From positions 38,381 to 102,380 of the forward strand of contig CAJUPY010000007.1 of the NCBI GenBank assembly GCA_910588035.1: a DNA stretch of 64,000 nucleotides, given 5' to 3'. The notes under the pieces were generated by a model that was given only the letters and a program-made list of their open reading frames with translations, was not told the DNA's origin and did no database searches. The position numbers and the translations under genes are program-made. This stretch comes from an uncultured Muribaculaceae bacterium. Its GTDB lineage: Bacteria; Bacteroidota; Bacteroidia; Bacteroidales; Muribaculaceae. Shown here in pieces: positions 55,465-64,000 of this stretch; positions within the stretch are counted from its first letter, which is position 1; the number at the start of each line of letters is the position of its first letter.

Positions 55465-58400
55465 TCAGGAAAAATCTTTCGGCAACACCCCATATTGCTT
55501 CAGGAAACACTTGGTGAAATATGACGACGTATTGAATCCGACCATATAACAGATCTCATTGATGCGGTATTCCTTTTCCCTCAACAGCTGGGCCGCACGC
55601 TTCAGTCGCTCGACCCTCAGATATTCTTTAGGAGTGAGGTCAAGAACTCCCTGCACCTTGCGGTAGAAACTCGATCGGCTCATGTTGAAACTCTCGGCCA
55701 TATCATCGATGTTGAAATCTTGATTTGACAGATTGGTCTGAATCACATTTTCAAGTTTCTTGATAAATTCCTCATCGGCCTTGGTCAATGCCATCGTGCT
55801 CACCTCAGCATAATGTGAATTCGCAAAATCTTTCCGCAATTTCTCCCGGCTATTGATCAGATTGGAGACTACTGCGATCAGATATTCCGATGAGAACGGT
55901 TTTTCAATATAGGAGTCGGCTCCGAGTTCCATACCCTCGATTTTTGACTGTATGTTGGTCTTTGCGGTCAGAAGAACAACCGGAATATGACTGTAGTCGA
56001 TATTCGACTTGATTGTCCGGCAAAGCTCGAACCCATCCATCTCAGGCATGACAACGTCACTGACAACCAGATTGACAAAGTTGTTATCAAGTATCCCGAG
56101 GGCTTCCTTGCCGTTGGCGGCCGTAAGAACTGAATAATGTCTCGACAACTGGCGTTTTATAAATTCACGCATCTCGTCATTGTCTTCAACGACAAGAACC
56201 GTGTGTTTTCGCTCCTTGCCCGAATGGTCTTTGATCTGGTTCTGCACACTCCCGGCCTGATCTGTCAACGGATGTTCTCTCTGTCCACTTTCAAGAACCG
56301 TAGCATCGGCCTGATCAAGAGGCATAGTCAGAACAAACGTATTGTTTGCCGCCTCGGCTGCCATGACAAGCGTTCCGCGGTGAAGTTCGGCAAGCGATCG
56401 CGACAATGCAAGTCCGATGCCGGTGCCGGTCGCGACACGGCCCTCATCTTCCTCACTGAATCTCACAAATGGCTGAAAAATCGGTTCCCTGACCTCCGGC
56501 GGTATCTCCAGACCGTCATTCTCGGTGATAACCTGAAACTGACGGCCCTCATAATCAACCTTCAGCCTTACATGAAGATATGATTCGGCATACTTTATCC
56601 CGTTATTCAATAAATTGCTGAGAATTTTCGTGAATGCCTCGCGATTGACGTGGGCATCGACACTCTCCTGTGGAATCTCGAGCGTGAAGTCCAGACCACG
56701 CTGGCGGGCCACTGTCTGGAAGCGGGTGTAAGTATCCTTTACGATGTCAGTTAGATTACATTTGGTGAAATTCAACTTATAGCCCCGGCTTTCCACTTTT
56801 CTGAAATCAAGAAGTTGATTCGTCAGATTCAGCAGACGTTCGGTGTTGCGGCTCATGATGCTGAGATCTTCATGCGTCTCGCTGTCGAGCTGCTTGCTCT
56901 GGAGTATGTTGTCAAGCGGACCCTTGATCAAAGTGAGCGGAGTGCGTATCTCATGGGCCACATTGGTGAAGAAATCTATCTTGGCCTTATACAGTTCCGT
57001 TTCTTTCTGCCTCTCGAACTTCTCCAGCTGGTGGGCGCGGGCCTTTTCAGTCTTGTGTTTCATGTAGCGGAACAACAAGACTGTTCCTATTATAATGATG
57101 AGAATATATGCCATATATGCCCATGTCGACAGATAGAACGGTGGCAGAATCTTGATCTTGAGTTTATACTCATCACCCAACGTGGCACCCTCCGCACTGT
57201 CCGGATCAACCAGTTTCATTTTGAACAGATAGTTGCCATGTCCGAGATTGGAATATGTCACGATCGGGCTTTCGCCAAGCTCAATCCACTCATCGTCGAA
57301 TCCCTCGAGTTTATACATCAGCCTGTCTTTCTTCATTCCCTGGAAACCGAGTGAACCGATGCGGAGTGAAAACGAATTCTGACCCGACCCCAATGTGATG
57401 TCTTCTGAATATGTGATGCTCTTCTCAAGAGGTGAACCTTCGTCATAGGGATAGACCTCCTTGTTGAACAACATGAAATCAAAAATGGCAAGTCCGGCAC
57501 GACTCCGTTCTTCTACAAACGACTCCGGATTAAACCTCACGAATCCGTCAAGACAACCAAGGTAGATATCTCCGTTGTCGTCGCAGAAACTCGACTGGTA
57601 GTTGAACTGGTCACTCAAAAGTCCGTTTGACGTGTTGTAGCTCTTGACCTGCATCGTCTCAGGCTGAAACTTCATCAGCCCCACATTGGTCGTCAGCCAC
57701 AACTGCCCTTTGCAGTCTTCGACAATCTGATAGACAACGTCGGCCGGCAAACCGTTTGCCGTGTTGTAATTGGTGAACTTGTCGGTGACATTGTCAAACA
57801 GGCTGCATCCGCCACCCTCGGTCGTCACCCAGACGCGCCCCTGCGCTTCCGAGATGCTAAGAACTTTATTGCTCGACAGACTGCCCTCATCGGGGTCGTT
57901 ATGAAGATAATTTTTCCACCTGTGTCCGTTGACATCATAACAATAGACTCCGTTCACATATGTGGCCAACCAGATATTTCCGTCTGAATCCTCCTTTATG
58001 TCATATATGAACTTTCCGTCAAGCTCACCGATACGTTCAAAACCGTCGCTGTGACGGTCATAACGAAGAAGCCCGAACATCGTGCCGACATAAACATCGC
58101 CCGTCGTCGTGTGACATATCGCGAACACACTGTTGTCATTCAACGACTGCGGAGTCTGGCCCTGCTGATAGGTTCTGACTATTCTCATGCTGTTGATGTC
58201 GATGATCTTAAGACCCTTGGAAAATGTTCCGACCCACAATTCATCGCCGACAGCACATAGTCCCTGAATATTCCTGAAACCGTCGCTCGACTCTACAAAC
58301 GTGAATTTCTTCGTCTGCGGATTGAACATGTTCAGTCCGCCGTCTTCCGTTCCGATCCAGATCATTCCGTTCCTGTCCTTGCAGAACTTGCGCACACGCT

Positions 58401-59478
58401 TGCCGTGCAATCCACCTCCCGACTGCGACGGATAATACTTCTCGAAATACTCGGTCGATTTCGGCAGAAAATCAACTCCACCGAAATATGTCCCGACCCA
58501 CAGCCCGCCGTCGCGGTCCTCATACAAAGCATATATCGCATTGTCTGACAGAGAGTGGAGGTCATTCCCCTCAGAGCTGCTCAGATGCCGGAAATGTCGT
58601 GTGCGCAAATTATAAATGTAGATGCCCGACTCAGCTCCGATCCAAAGCTCCTCATTGGTGCGCACCAGAATGTCTCGGCAGAATATAGGCTCTCCCGACT
58701 CATCGCTGCTCAGAAGACCCGTCAAATTGCCTGTCGTCAGATTGAGCATGTGAACTCCGCTTCTGATCGAACTGATATAAAGGCAGTTGTAAGGGCCGGG
58801 AACAATTTTCATAATGACATCATCCTTGAAAATCTCCTCACCGCCTGTCTTCGTCACATACGGATTAACCGTCTCCAGATCATCGTCTGAATAATATAGA
58901 CCGCTGCCATAGAACCCGATCCAGATGCGGCCGCCATTGTCCATCACGAAACTCTGGACATTACTCTTGAAATGATCCGGTTTATGCTGTCTTAAATCAT
59001 CTGACGCCTCATCATAGCAATACAGGCCCTCCGACTCGACAGCTATCCAGATACGCCCTCGCTTGTCGCCCTCAATGGCCGTGACAGTGTGCTCGATATC
59101 AGCCTTGCCGCCGTTGATCTCTCTGAATGGAACAAATATCTCACGCTCCGGATAATAGACATAGAGTCCCGCATCGGTGCCGACCCAGATCCTCCCTTCG
59201 CCATCCTCATAAAGACATTTGATGAAATTGTTACCCAGACTATGACCGTTGTGCGCATCACGCTTGAATGTCCTGATTGTCATGCCGTCATATCGACACA
59301 AACCCCACTTGGTCCCGAACCACAGAAACCCCTTCCGGTCCTGCACTATGGCATAGACCGTAGCCTGTGACAATCCTTCCTGTATTCCGATATTTTTAAA
59401 ACAGTAATTACCGGCAACGGCCGACAAGCCGCTTAACACATAGATCAGGAAAACCACAATCGCAATTCCTCTTTTCAT
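55465..59478 (-). CDS. Hybrid two-component system regulator (periplasmic beta-propeller sensor, HisKA/HATPase, receiver, AraC HTH)
   Basis: Start taken at MKRGIAIV (59478). Repeated propeller motifs (G.LW.GT..GL). TM segment AYMAYILIIIIGTVLLF. H-box FFTNVAHEIRTPLTLI. Receiver VLVVEDNDEMREF...SDVVMPEMDG. C-terminal AraC HTH ICYMVGFNTSSYFTKCFLKQYG. Confidence 0.92.
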   Translation of the reverse strand: MKRGIAIVVFLIYVLSGLSAVAGNYCFKNIGIQEGLSQATVYAIVQDRKGFLWFGTKWGLCRYDGMTIRTFKRDAHNGHSLGNNFIKCLYEDGEGRIWVGTDAGLYVYYPEREIFVPFREINGGKADIEHTVTAIEGDKRGRIWIAVESEGLYCYDEASDDLRQHKPDHFKSNVQSFVMDNGGRIWIGFYGSGLYYSDDDLETVNPYVTKTGGEEIFKDDVIMKIVPGPYNCLYISSIRSGVHMLNLTTGNLTGLLSSDESGEPIFCRDILVRTNEELWIGAESGIYIYNLRTRHFRHLSSSEGNDLHSLSDNAIYALYEDRDGGLWVGTYFGGVDFLPKSTEYFEKYYPSQSGGGLHGKRVRKFCKDRNGMIWIGTEDGGLNMFNPQTKKFTFVESSDGFRNIQGLCAVGDELWVGTFSKGLKIIDINSMRIVRTYQQGQTPQSLNDNSVFAICHTTTGDVYVGTMFGLLRYDRHSDGFERIGELDGKFIYDIKEDSDGNIWLATYVNGVYCYDVNGHRWKNYLHNDPDEGSLSSNKVLSISEAQGRVWVTTEGGGCSLFDNVTDKFTNYNTANGLPADVVYQIVEDCKGQLWLTTNVGLMKFQPETMQVKSYNTSNGLLSDQFNYQSSFCDDNGDIYLGCLDGFVRFNPESFVEERSRAGLAIFDFMLFNKEVYPYDEGSPLEKSITYSEDITLGSGQNSFSLRIGSLGFQGMKKDRLMYKLEGFDDEWIELGESPIVTYSNLGHGNYLFKMKLVDPDSAEGATLGDEYKLKIKILPPFYLSTWAYMAYILIIIIGTVLLFRYMKHKTEKARAHQLEKFERQKETELYKAKIDFFTNVAHEIRTPLTLIKGPLDNILQSKQLDSETHEDLSIMSRNTERLLNLTNQLLDFRKVESRGYKLNFTKCNLTDIVKDTYTRFQTVARQRGLDFTLEIPQESVDAHVNREAFTKILSNLLNNGIKYAESYLHVRLKVDYEGRQFQVITENDGLEIPPEVREPIFQPFVRFSEEDEGRVATGTGIGLALSRSLAELHRGTLVMAAEAANNTFVLTMPLDQADATVLESGQREHPLTDQAGSVQNQIKDHSGKERKHTVLVVEDNDEMREFIKRQLSRHYSVLTAANGKEALGILDNNFVNLVVSDVVMPEMDGFELCRTIKSNIDYSHIPVVLLTAKTNIQSKIEGMELGADSYIEKPFSSEYLIAVVSNLINSREKLRKDFANSHYAEVSTMALTKADEEFIKKLENVIQTNLSNQDFNIDDMAESFNMSRSSFYRKVQGVLDLTPKEYLRVERLKRAAQLLREKEYRINEICYMVGFNTSSYFTKCFLKQYGVLPKDFS

Positions 59479-59581
59479 ATATGCTCTTTTTTGAGAAGTA
59501 AAGTTAACCGGTATTTGATTTTCAAAATACAACAACCGGTTCAAATTATCCTACTTTTATCCCAAACACTATTCCATCCGG

Positions 59582-60199
59582 CTAATTGTCAGCTATTTCA
59601 CCTGCAACCGCATCGAAATAGGCATCCGTGACCGCGATATCTTCGTTTGGAGCGAACACATTCTTGATGCGCCCACTGCCGCCCTCTTCTACCGTAAAGA
59701 AAAACACACGGTTATCATCTTCCAGCGGAATCCCGAGCTCGCCACGTAACTTATACAATCTGTCATCTGAGATACCGGCCTCCGCTCTGATTCTGCCTGA
59801 CGCATGACTCAACGACTCGGGCATCACAAGCCAAACAAATCTTCCGTAGTCACTCTCCCTGAGGTGACCGCAGACAGCCTTTACACAATCCCAGCATGCC
59901 AATGGTGTGAAATACATATAGATGACGCTGTCTTTTGTCAACGACCTGAACCCGACTTCCCTGTCATTCATGTCCGACAAACGCGTGACCTTAAAGTCAA
60001 TTTTTCCATCCTGATTGGAAAATATATCCTCAACCATGTCGGCCATGTCATACTCCAGCCTCATGACAGCCTCTGTGTCTACCGGCTCAAACATTTCATT
60101 CCCGGACGGAGATGCCTGATCCGACTGTCTGCACATGCTGACTGCCAATGCCGGCACCAGCATCAACACCACGATTCCGATATACGCTATTCCCCTCAT
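59582..60199 (-). CDS. Lipoprotein with a CxxC motif (possible thioredoxin-fold protein)
   Basis: Signal/lipobox LVPALAVSMCRQ and a PLACWDCV motif. The family assignment is tentative. Confidence 0.45.
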   Translation of the reverse strand: MRGIAYIGIVVLMLVPALAVSMCRQSDQASPSGNEMFEPVDTEAVMRLEYDMADMVEDIFSNQDGKIDFKVTRLSDMNDREVGFRSLTKDSVIYMYFTPLACWDCVKAVCGHLRESDYGRFVWLVMPESLSHASGRIRAEAGISDDRLYKLRGELGIPLEDDNRVFFFTVEEGGSGRIKNVFAPNEDIAVTDAYFDAVAGEIADN

Positions 60200-60317
60200 C
60201 TATTGCTCTAACTTGTTCTGATCTTTCCTACAAAATTAGAGAATGTTGCATTTATCATCAAACAGTGGGCACGATTTTAAACTTTAATAACAATTTATTT
60301 AAACTGTTAATACATCC

Positions 60318-61097
60318 CTACCCCAAAACCACATCGAGCACCATCATCAGGGCAAACCCGACAGTGAATCCTACAGTTCCCATGTTGGAATGTTCTCCCG
60401 TCTGCGTCTCCGGTATCAGCTCCTCAACCACGACATAAATCATCGCGCCAGCGGCAAACGCCAGAAGATAAGGCAGAACCGGAATGACGGCCGAAGCCAG
60501 CAAAATGGTGACCACGGCGGCGATCGGCTCGACGATGCCACTCATAGCCCCCAACAGAAAAGACCTTCGTTTGCTGTTGCCGGCCGCACGGAGAGGCATA
60601 GAGACGATAGCCCCCTCCGGAAAATTCTGAATCGCGATGCCGATAGCCAACGCAAGGGCGGCCGACATCGGAACATAAGCGTTCTGACCCAACGCCGCGG
60701 CAAGCGACACTCCGACGGCCATACCTTCGGGAATATTGTGGAGCGTGACGGCAAACACCAGCTTGGTCGTTTTCGACAGTTTGCTCCGGGGGCCTTCGCT
60801 CTGACCTCCCTCAATATGCTGGTGAGGAACCATCATGTCGAGAAGCAACAGAAAACCGATGCCCAGAACAAAACCGACAACTGCCGGAACCACCCTCATC
60901 ACACCCTCTTCGCCCGTCATATCCATCGACGGTATCAGCAAAGACCAGACAGATGCCGCGACCATAACTCCGGCAGCAAATCCCGTCAGCGACTTTTCAA
61001 GCATGACGTTCATCTTCTGTCTCATCATGAAAACACAAGCCGCACCCAAAGCGGTGCCTGCAAAAGGTAATATGAGTCCTGTCAACAATCCTGTCAT
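60318..61097 (-). CDS. zupT: ZIP-family divalent metal transporter
   Basis: HNIPEGMAVG and QNFPEGAIV signature helices. 259 aa, ~8 TM segments. Confidence 0.85.
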   Translation of the reverse strand: MTGLLTGLILPFAGTALGAACVFMMRQKMNVMLEKSLTGFAAGVMVAASVWSLLIPSMDMTGEEGVMRVVPAVVGFVLGIGFLLLLDMMVPHQHIEGGQSEGPRSKLSKTTKLVFAVTLHNIPEGMAVGVSLAAALGQNAYVPMSAALALAIGIAIQNFPEGAIVSMPLRAAGNSKRRSFLLGAMSGIVEPIAAVVTILLASAVIPVLPYLLAFAAGAMIYVVVEELIPETQTGEHSNMGTVGFTVGFALMMVLDVVLG

Positions 61098-61341
61098 ATT
61101 TTTTTAACGGTCCAACGACATTTTTGTTTTACCATGAAATTAAAACATTGCCTGTGTCGGCGAAAAAACGTAACTTTGCGTCTGAACCCCGCGATGTGTG
61201 GCTCCTCAGAGAATGTTTGATGCCGGGCATCGGAAGGTCAGCAACATAAGAAAAGCGTTTACCCACATTTTATTCCTGGCTCCCCGCTTTTTATTTACTC
61301 ACGGCCATAACGGAGTCAATGGCATAATCCAGTGCTTGTCC

Positions 61342-61953
61342 ATGAAATTTGAAAAATACACCAGAGAAAGTCTGAGCGTGACGATTCCGATACCGGAATC
61401 ATTCAGCGACTGCATCTTATTGGCCAAAAGTGACCAGTTCCGGTTGAGCGGTCGCGTCAAATCAACATTCCGCCTGTTTTTTGATGCTCTAAAATTACCT
61501 TTCAACCCACAGTCATATCTTGTCTGGTTTAGATTGGCATCAGTAAAAGGTTTTTGGAGATTACCATTTATCGCCCTTCATCATTGGTCTGGTTCTTTTT
61601 GTAAAATTGACATACCGCGCACGACAAAAATAGGTTTCGGTTTTTATATCGGCCATGGAATGTGCATGGTCATTAGTGAAGATACAATTATCGGAAACAA
61701 TGTCAATGTGAGCCAGTTTCTCAACATCGGAACAAATTGCTGCACTCCTGCATTGATTGGCGACAATGTATATCTCGGTCCTGCAGTCTGTGTTGTGGAA
61801 GATGTTACAATTGGCGAAAATGCCGTCATCGGGGCTGGTGCTGTCGTATCCAGGAGCATTCCGGCAAACGCCACTGCCGTTGGAGTACCTGCCAAAGTGG
61901 TCAACTACAACACAAAAAATTATATTAACAACAAATTCAACTTGCCCTGGTAG
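61342..61953 (+). CDS. Left-handed beta-helix (hexapeptide-repeat) acetyltransferase, serine-O-acetyltransferase-like
   Basis: Start taken at MKFEKYTRE (61342). Hexapeptide repeats IGNNVNVSQFLNIG...IGDNVYLGPAVCVVEDVTIGENAVIGAGAVV...GVPAKVV. Confidence 0.7.
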   Translation: MKFEKYTRESLSVTIPIPESFSDCILLAKSDQFRLSGRVKSTFRLFFDALKLPFNPQSYLVWFRLASVKGFWRLPFIALHHWSGSFCKIDIPRTTKIGFGFYIGHGMCMVISEDTIIGNNVNVSQFLNIGTNCCTPALIGDNVYLGPAVCVVEDVTIGENAVIGAGAVVSRSIPANATAVGVPAKVVNYNTKNYINNKFNLPW

Positions 61954-61984
61954 ACCCCACCACTGAAGCAACCTCAATAAAAAG

Positions 61985-62016
61985 ACAAAGCCGCACCATT
62001 TTTGGCGCGGCTTTGT
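61985..62016. terminator. Bidirectional hairpin terminator between convergent genes
   Basis: Stem acaaagccgc / gcggctttgt (10 bp, plus 2 more pairs) with a T-rich loop, flanked by A-rich and T-rich sequence. Confidence 0.55.
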
Positions 62017-62033
62017 AAATATTATATTTCAGA

Positions 62034-64000
62034 TTACCAGATCACAACCTGCTCCTCGGCCGGCAGATAGAGCTTGTCGCCCTCCTTGATGCCGAACGCC
62101 TCGAAGAACGGTGTGATGTTTCTCAGCGTGACATTCACACGGTTATTGGCCAGCGAGTGAACATCGCTCACCGTGCGGTTGCGCATCTCGGCCTCACGGA
62201 TGTTGTTCGCCCAGATGTTGGCATAGTTCATGTAGAACACCTGCATCGGGGTGAAACCCTCGATCTTGGCCTCCTCGCTCTCTACGTCGACTCCCTTTTT
62301 CGCCTGCGAGTCGAGGAACGCGGTGCGTGACACTCTCAGACCTCCCTGGTCGGCGATATTCTCTCCGAGAGTGTACTGTCCGTTGGCATAAAGTCCGGGG
62401 AGAACCTCGACCGCATTGAACTGCGCCACAAGCCCCTGAGCCAATTTGTTGAACGCCTCGATATCGGCCTCAGTCCACCAGTTCTTCATGTTGCCTTCGG
62501 CGTCGAAGTTGCGGCCCTGGTCATCAAATCCGTGGGTCATCTCATGGCCGATGACAACTCCGATGCCGCCATAGTTCTCGGCGTCAGAAGCCTCCGGATC
62601 GAAGAACGGTGCCTGAAGAATGCCGGCCGGGAACACGATCTCATTCGCCATTGGGTTATAGTAGGCGTTGACCGTCTGCGGTGTCATGCCCCACTCGCTC
62701 TTGTCAACAGGTTTGCCCCACTTCGAGTAGGTATCGGCCTGATGCCACATAGAGACAGCGTGCATGTTGTCATAATAAGACTTCGACGGATCGATCTCCA
62801 TCGACGAGTAATCTTTCCACTTGTCGGGATAACCGATCTTGACGGTGAAAGCTGCGAGTTTCTTCTGTGCGTTAGCCTTGGTCGAATCGCTCATCCAAGT
62901 CAGGTTGTCGATATGCTTGCCAAGTGCCACGCGAAGGTTCTCGACAAGACCGATCATGTATTGTTTCGATGATTCCGGGAAATATTTCTCGACGTAGAGC
63001 TGACCGATAGCCTCACCCAACGCTGCTTCGGTCGCACCGAGTGCACGTTTCCAGCGAGGACGCTGCTCTTTAGCTCCCGAAAGGACCTTCGAGAACTCGA
63101 AGTTGGCGTCGGTGAAGTTGTCGCTCAGCTTTGAAGAAGCCTGGCTCACATATTTCCACAGATAGTAGTCTTTTACCTCACGGTCGCTCAGCGACGACAT
63201 CAGATCGTTGGCGCGTTTGACAGTGTTCATCTCCGTCACGATGACCGTGTCGGGAAACTCGATGCCCATGGTCTCGATGAAGAAACGGTCCCAGTTGATC
63301 GAAGGATACATCTTGCGGAGCTCGTCGGCCGATTTCGGGTTATACATCGCCGGAATGTTGCGGCTTTCCTCTCGTGTCCAGGTCTCCTCGGCAAGCGATT
63401 TCTCGATCTTCATCACGTTCTCAACGATGCGTGCGGCATCTTCTTCGCCATATCCCGCATTTTTCATCTGGGCAGCGATCAGCTTCTTGTAGGCTTCGCG
63501 AACGGTGGCGTTATGCTCGTCGTCAAGAAGATAGTAGTCACGGTCACCCATGCCCAATGATCCGCCCGAGACATACATCGCATAGCGGTTTGAGTCGCCC
63601 ATGTCTTCCATGGGGCCGGCACCGAAAAACGGACTCGCGTAGTTTCCGTGCATCCACATGAACAGGTCGGTCATACCATCGGCCGGCGTATCCTCGATCT
63701 TCTTCAGATCGGCCTGGATCGGTGCCGCGCCCTCTTCGTTGCGGCGCACGGAGTCCATCGCCTGTGAATAGATGGTGGCAACCTTGAATGCGACTGTGCC
63801 GGGTTCAGGATTCTGATCCGACAGATTGGTGACTATGTCTCTGACACGGCGTTCTGCCTCGTCTGAGAGAACGTTGAACTGACCGTAGCGTGAATACTCG
63901 TCAGTCAGCGGATGTGCTTTCATCCAACCGTCATTGACATGTGTGTAGAAGTCTTCACCCGGGGCTATCGAGTCATTGACATAAGCGGGGTTGAGACTCT
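62034..64000 (-). CDS. pepO: M13 family (neprilysin/PepO-like) zinc metallopeptidase; N-terminus beyond the right edge
   Basis: VIGHEMTHGFD (HExxH), ENIADQGG, C-terminal ...EEQVVIW. The frame stays open upstream of the track Met to nt 64000 (..PGEDFYTHVNDGWMKAHPL, a conserved M13 N-domain motif). Confidence 0.88.
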   Translation of the reverse strand, partial: SLNPAYVNDSIAPGEDFYTHVNDGWMKAHPLTDEYSRYGQFNVLSDEAERRVRDIVTNLSDQNPEPGTVAFKVATIYSQAMDSVRRNEEGAAPIQADLKKIEDTPADGMTDLFMWMHGNYASPFFGAGPMEDMGDSNRYAMYVSGGSLGMGDRDYYLLDDEHNATVREAYKKLIAAQMKNAGYGEEDAARIVENVMKIEKSLAEETWTREESRNIPAMYNPKSADELRKMYPSINWDRFFIETMGIEFPDTVIVTEMNTVKRANDLMSSLSDREVKDYYLWKYVSQASSKLSDNFTDANFEFSKVLSGAKEQRPRWKRALGATEAALGEAIGQLYVEKYFPESSKQYMIGLVENLRVALGKHIDNLTWMSDSTKANAQKKLAAFTVKIGYPDKWKDYSSMEIDPSKSYYDNMHAVSMWHQADTYSKWGKPVDKSEWGMTPQTVNAYYNPMANEIVFPAGILQAPFFDPEASDAENYGGIGVVIGHEMTHGFDDQGRNFDAEGNMKNWWTEADIEAFNKLAQGLVAQFNAVEVLPGLYANGQYTLGENIADQGGLRVSRTAFLDSQAKKGVDVESEEAKIEGFTPMQVFYMNYANIWANNIREAEMRNRTVSDVHSLANNRVNVTLRNITPFFEAFGIKEGDKLYLPAEEQVVIW

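Noticed and set aside
1-64000. Scan by eye for rRNA, tRNA, CRISPR arrays, IS elements, integrases and toxin-antitoxin pairs.
   Set aside because: I found no regularly spaced repeats, no cloverleaf-like sequences in the intergenic gaps, and no transposase or integrase motifs (DDE, or R..HxxR..Y). Absence by eye is weak evidence, so tRNAscan, Infernal and ISfinder runs would be needed to be sure.

Overview
This is a Bacteroidales-type chromosomal segment. It carries two SusC/SusD pairs, a hybrid two-component/AraC regulator, T9SS-related genes (PorX, and an S8 protease with a T9SS C-terminal sorting domain) and a DUF3575/Mfa-type fimbrial operon. All family names come from motifs read by eye; no database search was run.

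Layout:
- (a) 1..~9750: a tightly packed gene island, entirely on the minus strand and visibly AT-richer than the rest. It has two modules separated by five unrecognisable small ORFs.
  - Module 1 is a candidate RiPP module: a 45-aa Cys-rich peptide, a radical SAM/SPASM maturase with an N-terminal PqqD-like region, an amidohydrolase and a 67-aa ORF.
  - Module 2 is a MoxR-like AAA+ ATPase plus a VWA/DUF2201-like protein. The ATPase is flanked by two paralogous ~440-aa proteins of unknown function, one of them split by an in-frame TAA.
- (b) 9750..13036: a ~600-nt structured non-coding gap, an Avd/23S-IVS-like four-helix-bundle protein fused to a topoisomerase-type zinc ribbon, a hypothetical protein, and an atypical membrane Ser/Thr-like kinase.
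- (c) 13141..21588: SusC/SusD, a surface lipoprotein (apparently frameshifted) and an S8 subtilase, with no glycoside hydrolase.
- (d) 21871..24586: the fimbrial operon.
- (e) 24739..36174: a plus-strand housekeeping block (cyclophilin, M16 peptidase, large TPR lipoprotein, porX, tsaE, birA, menA, ROK kinase, manA).
- (f) 36288..59478: a large PUL (HTCS, GH2, FAD-oxidoreductase::GH130 fusion, GH105/88, GH115, SusC/SusD, two GH43, one unassigned 677-aa protein).
- (g) 59582..64000: a CxxC lipoprotein, a ZIP transporter, a hexapeptide acetyltransferase and a partial M13 peptidase.

I saw no rRNA, tRNA, CRISPR array, transposase or integrase. The left-hand island is the best candidate for an undescribed system.
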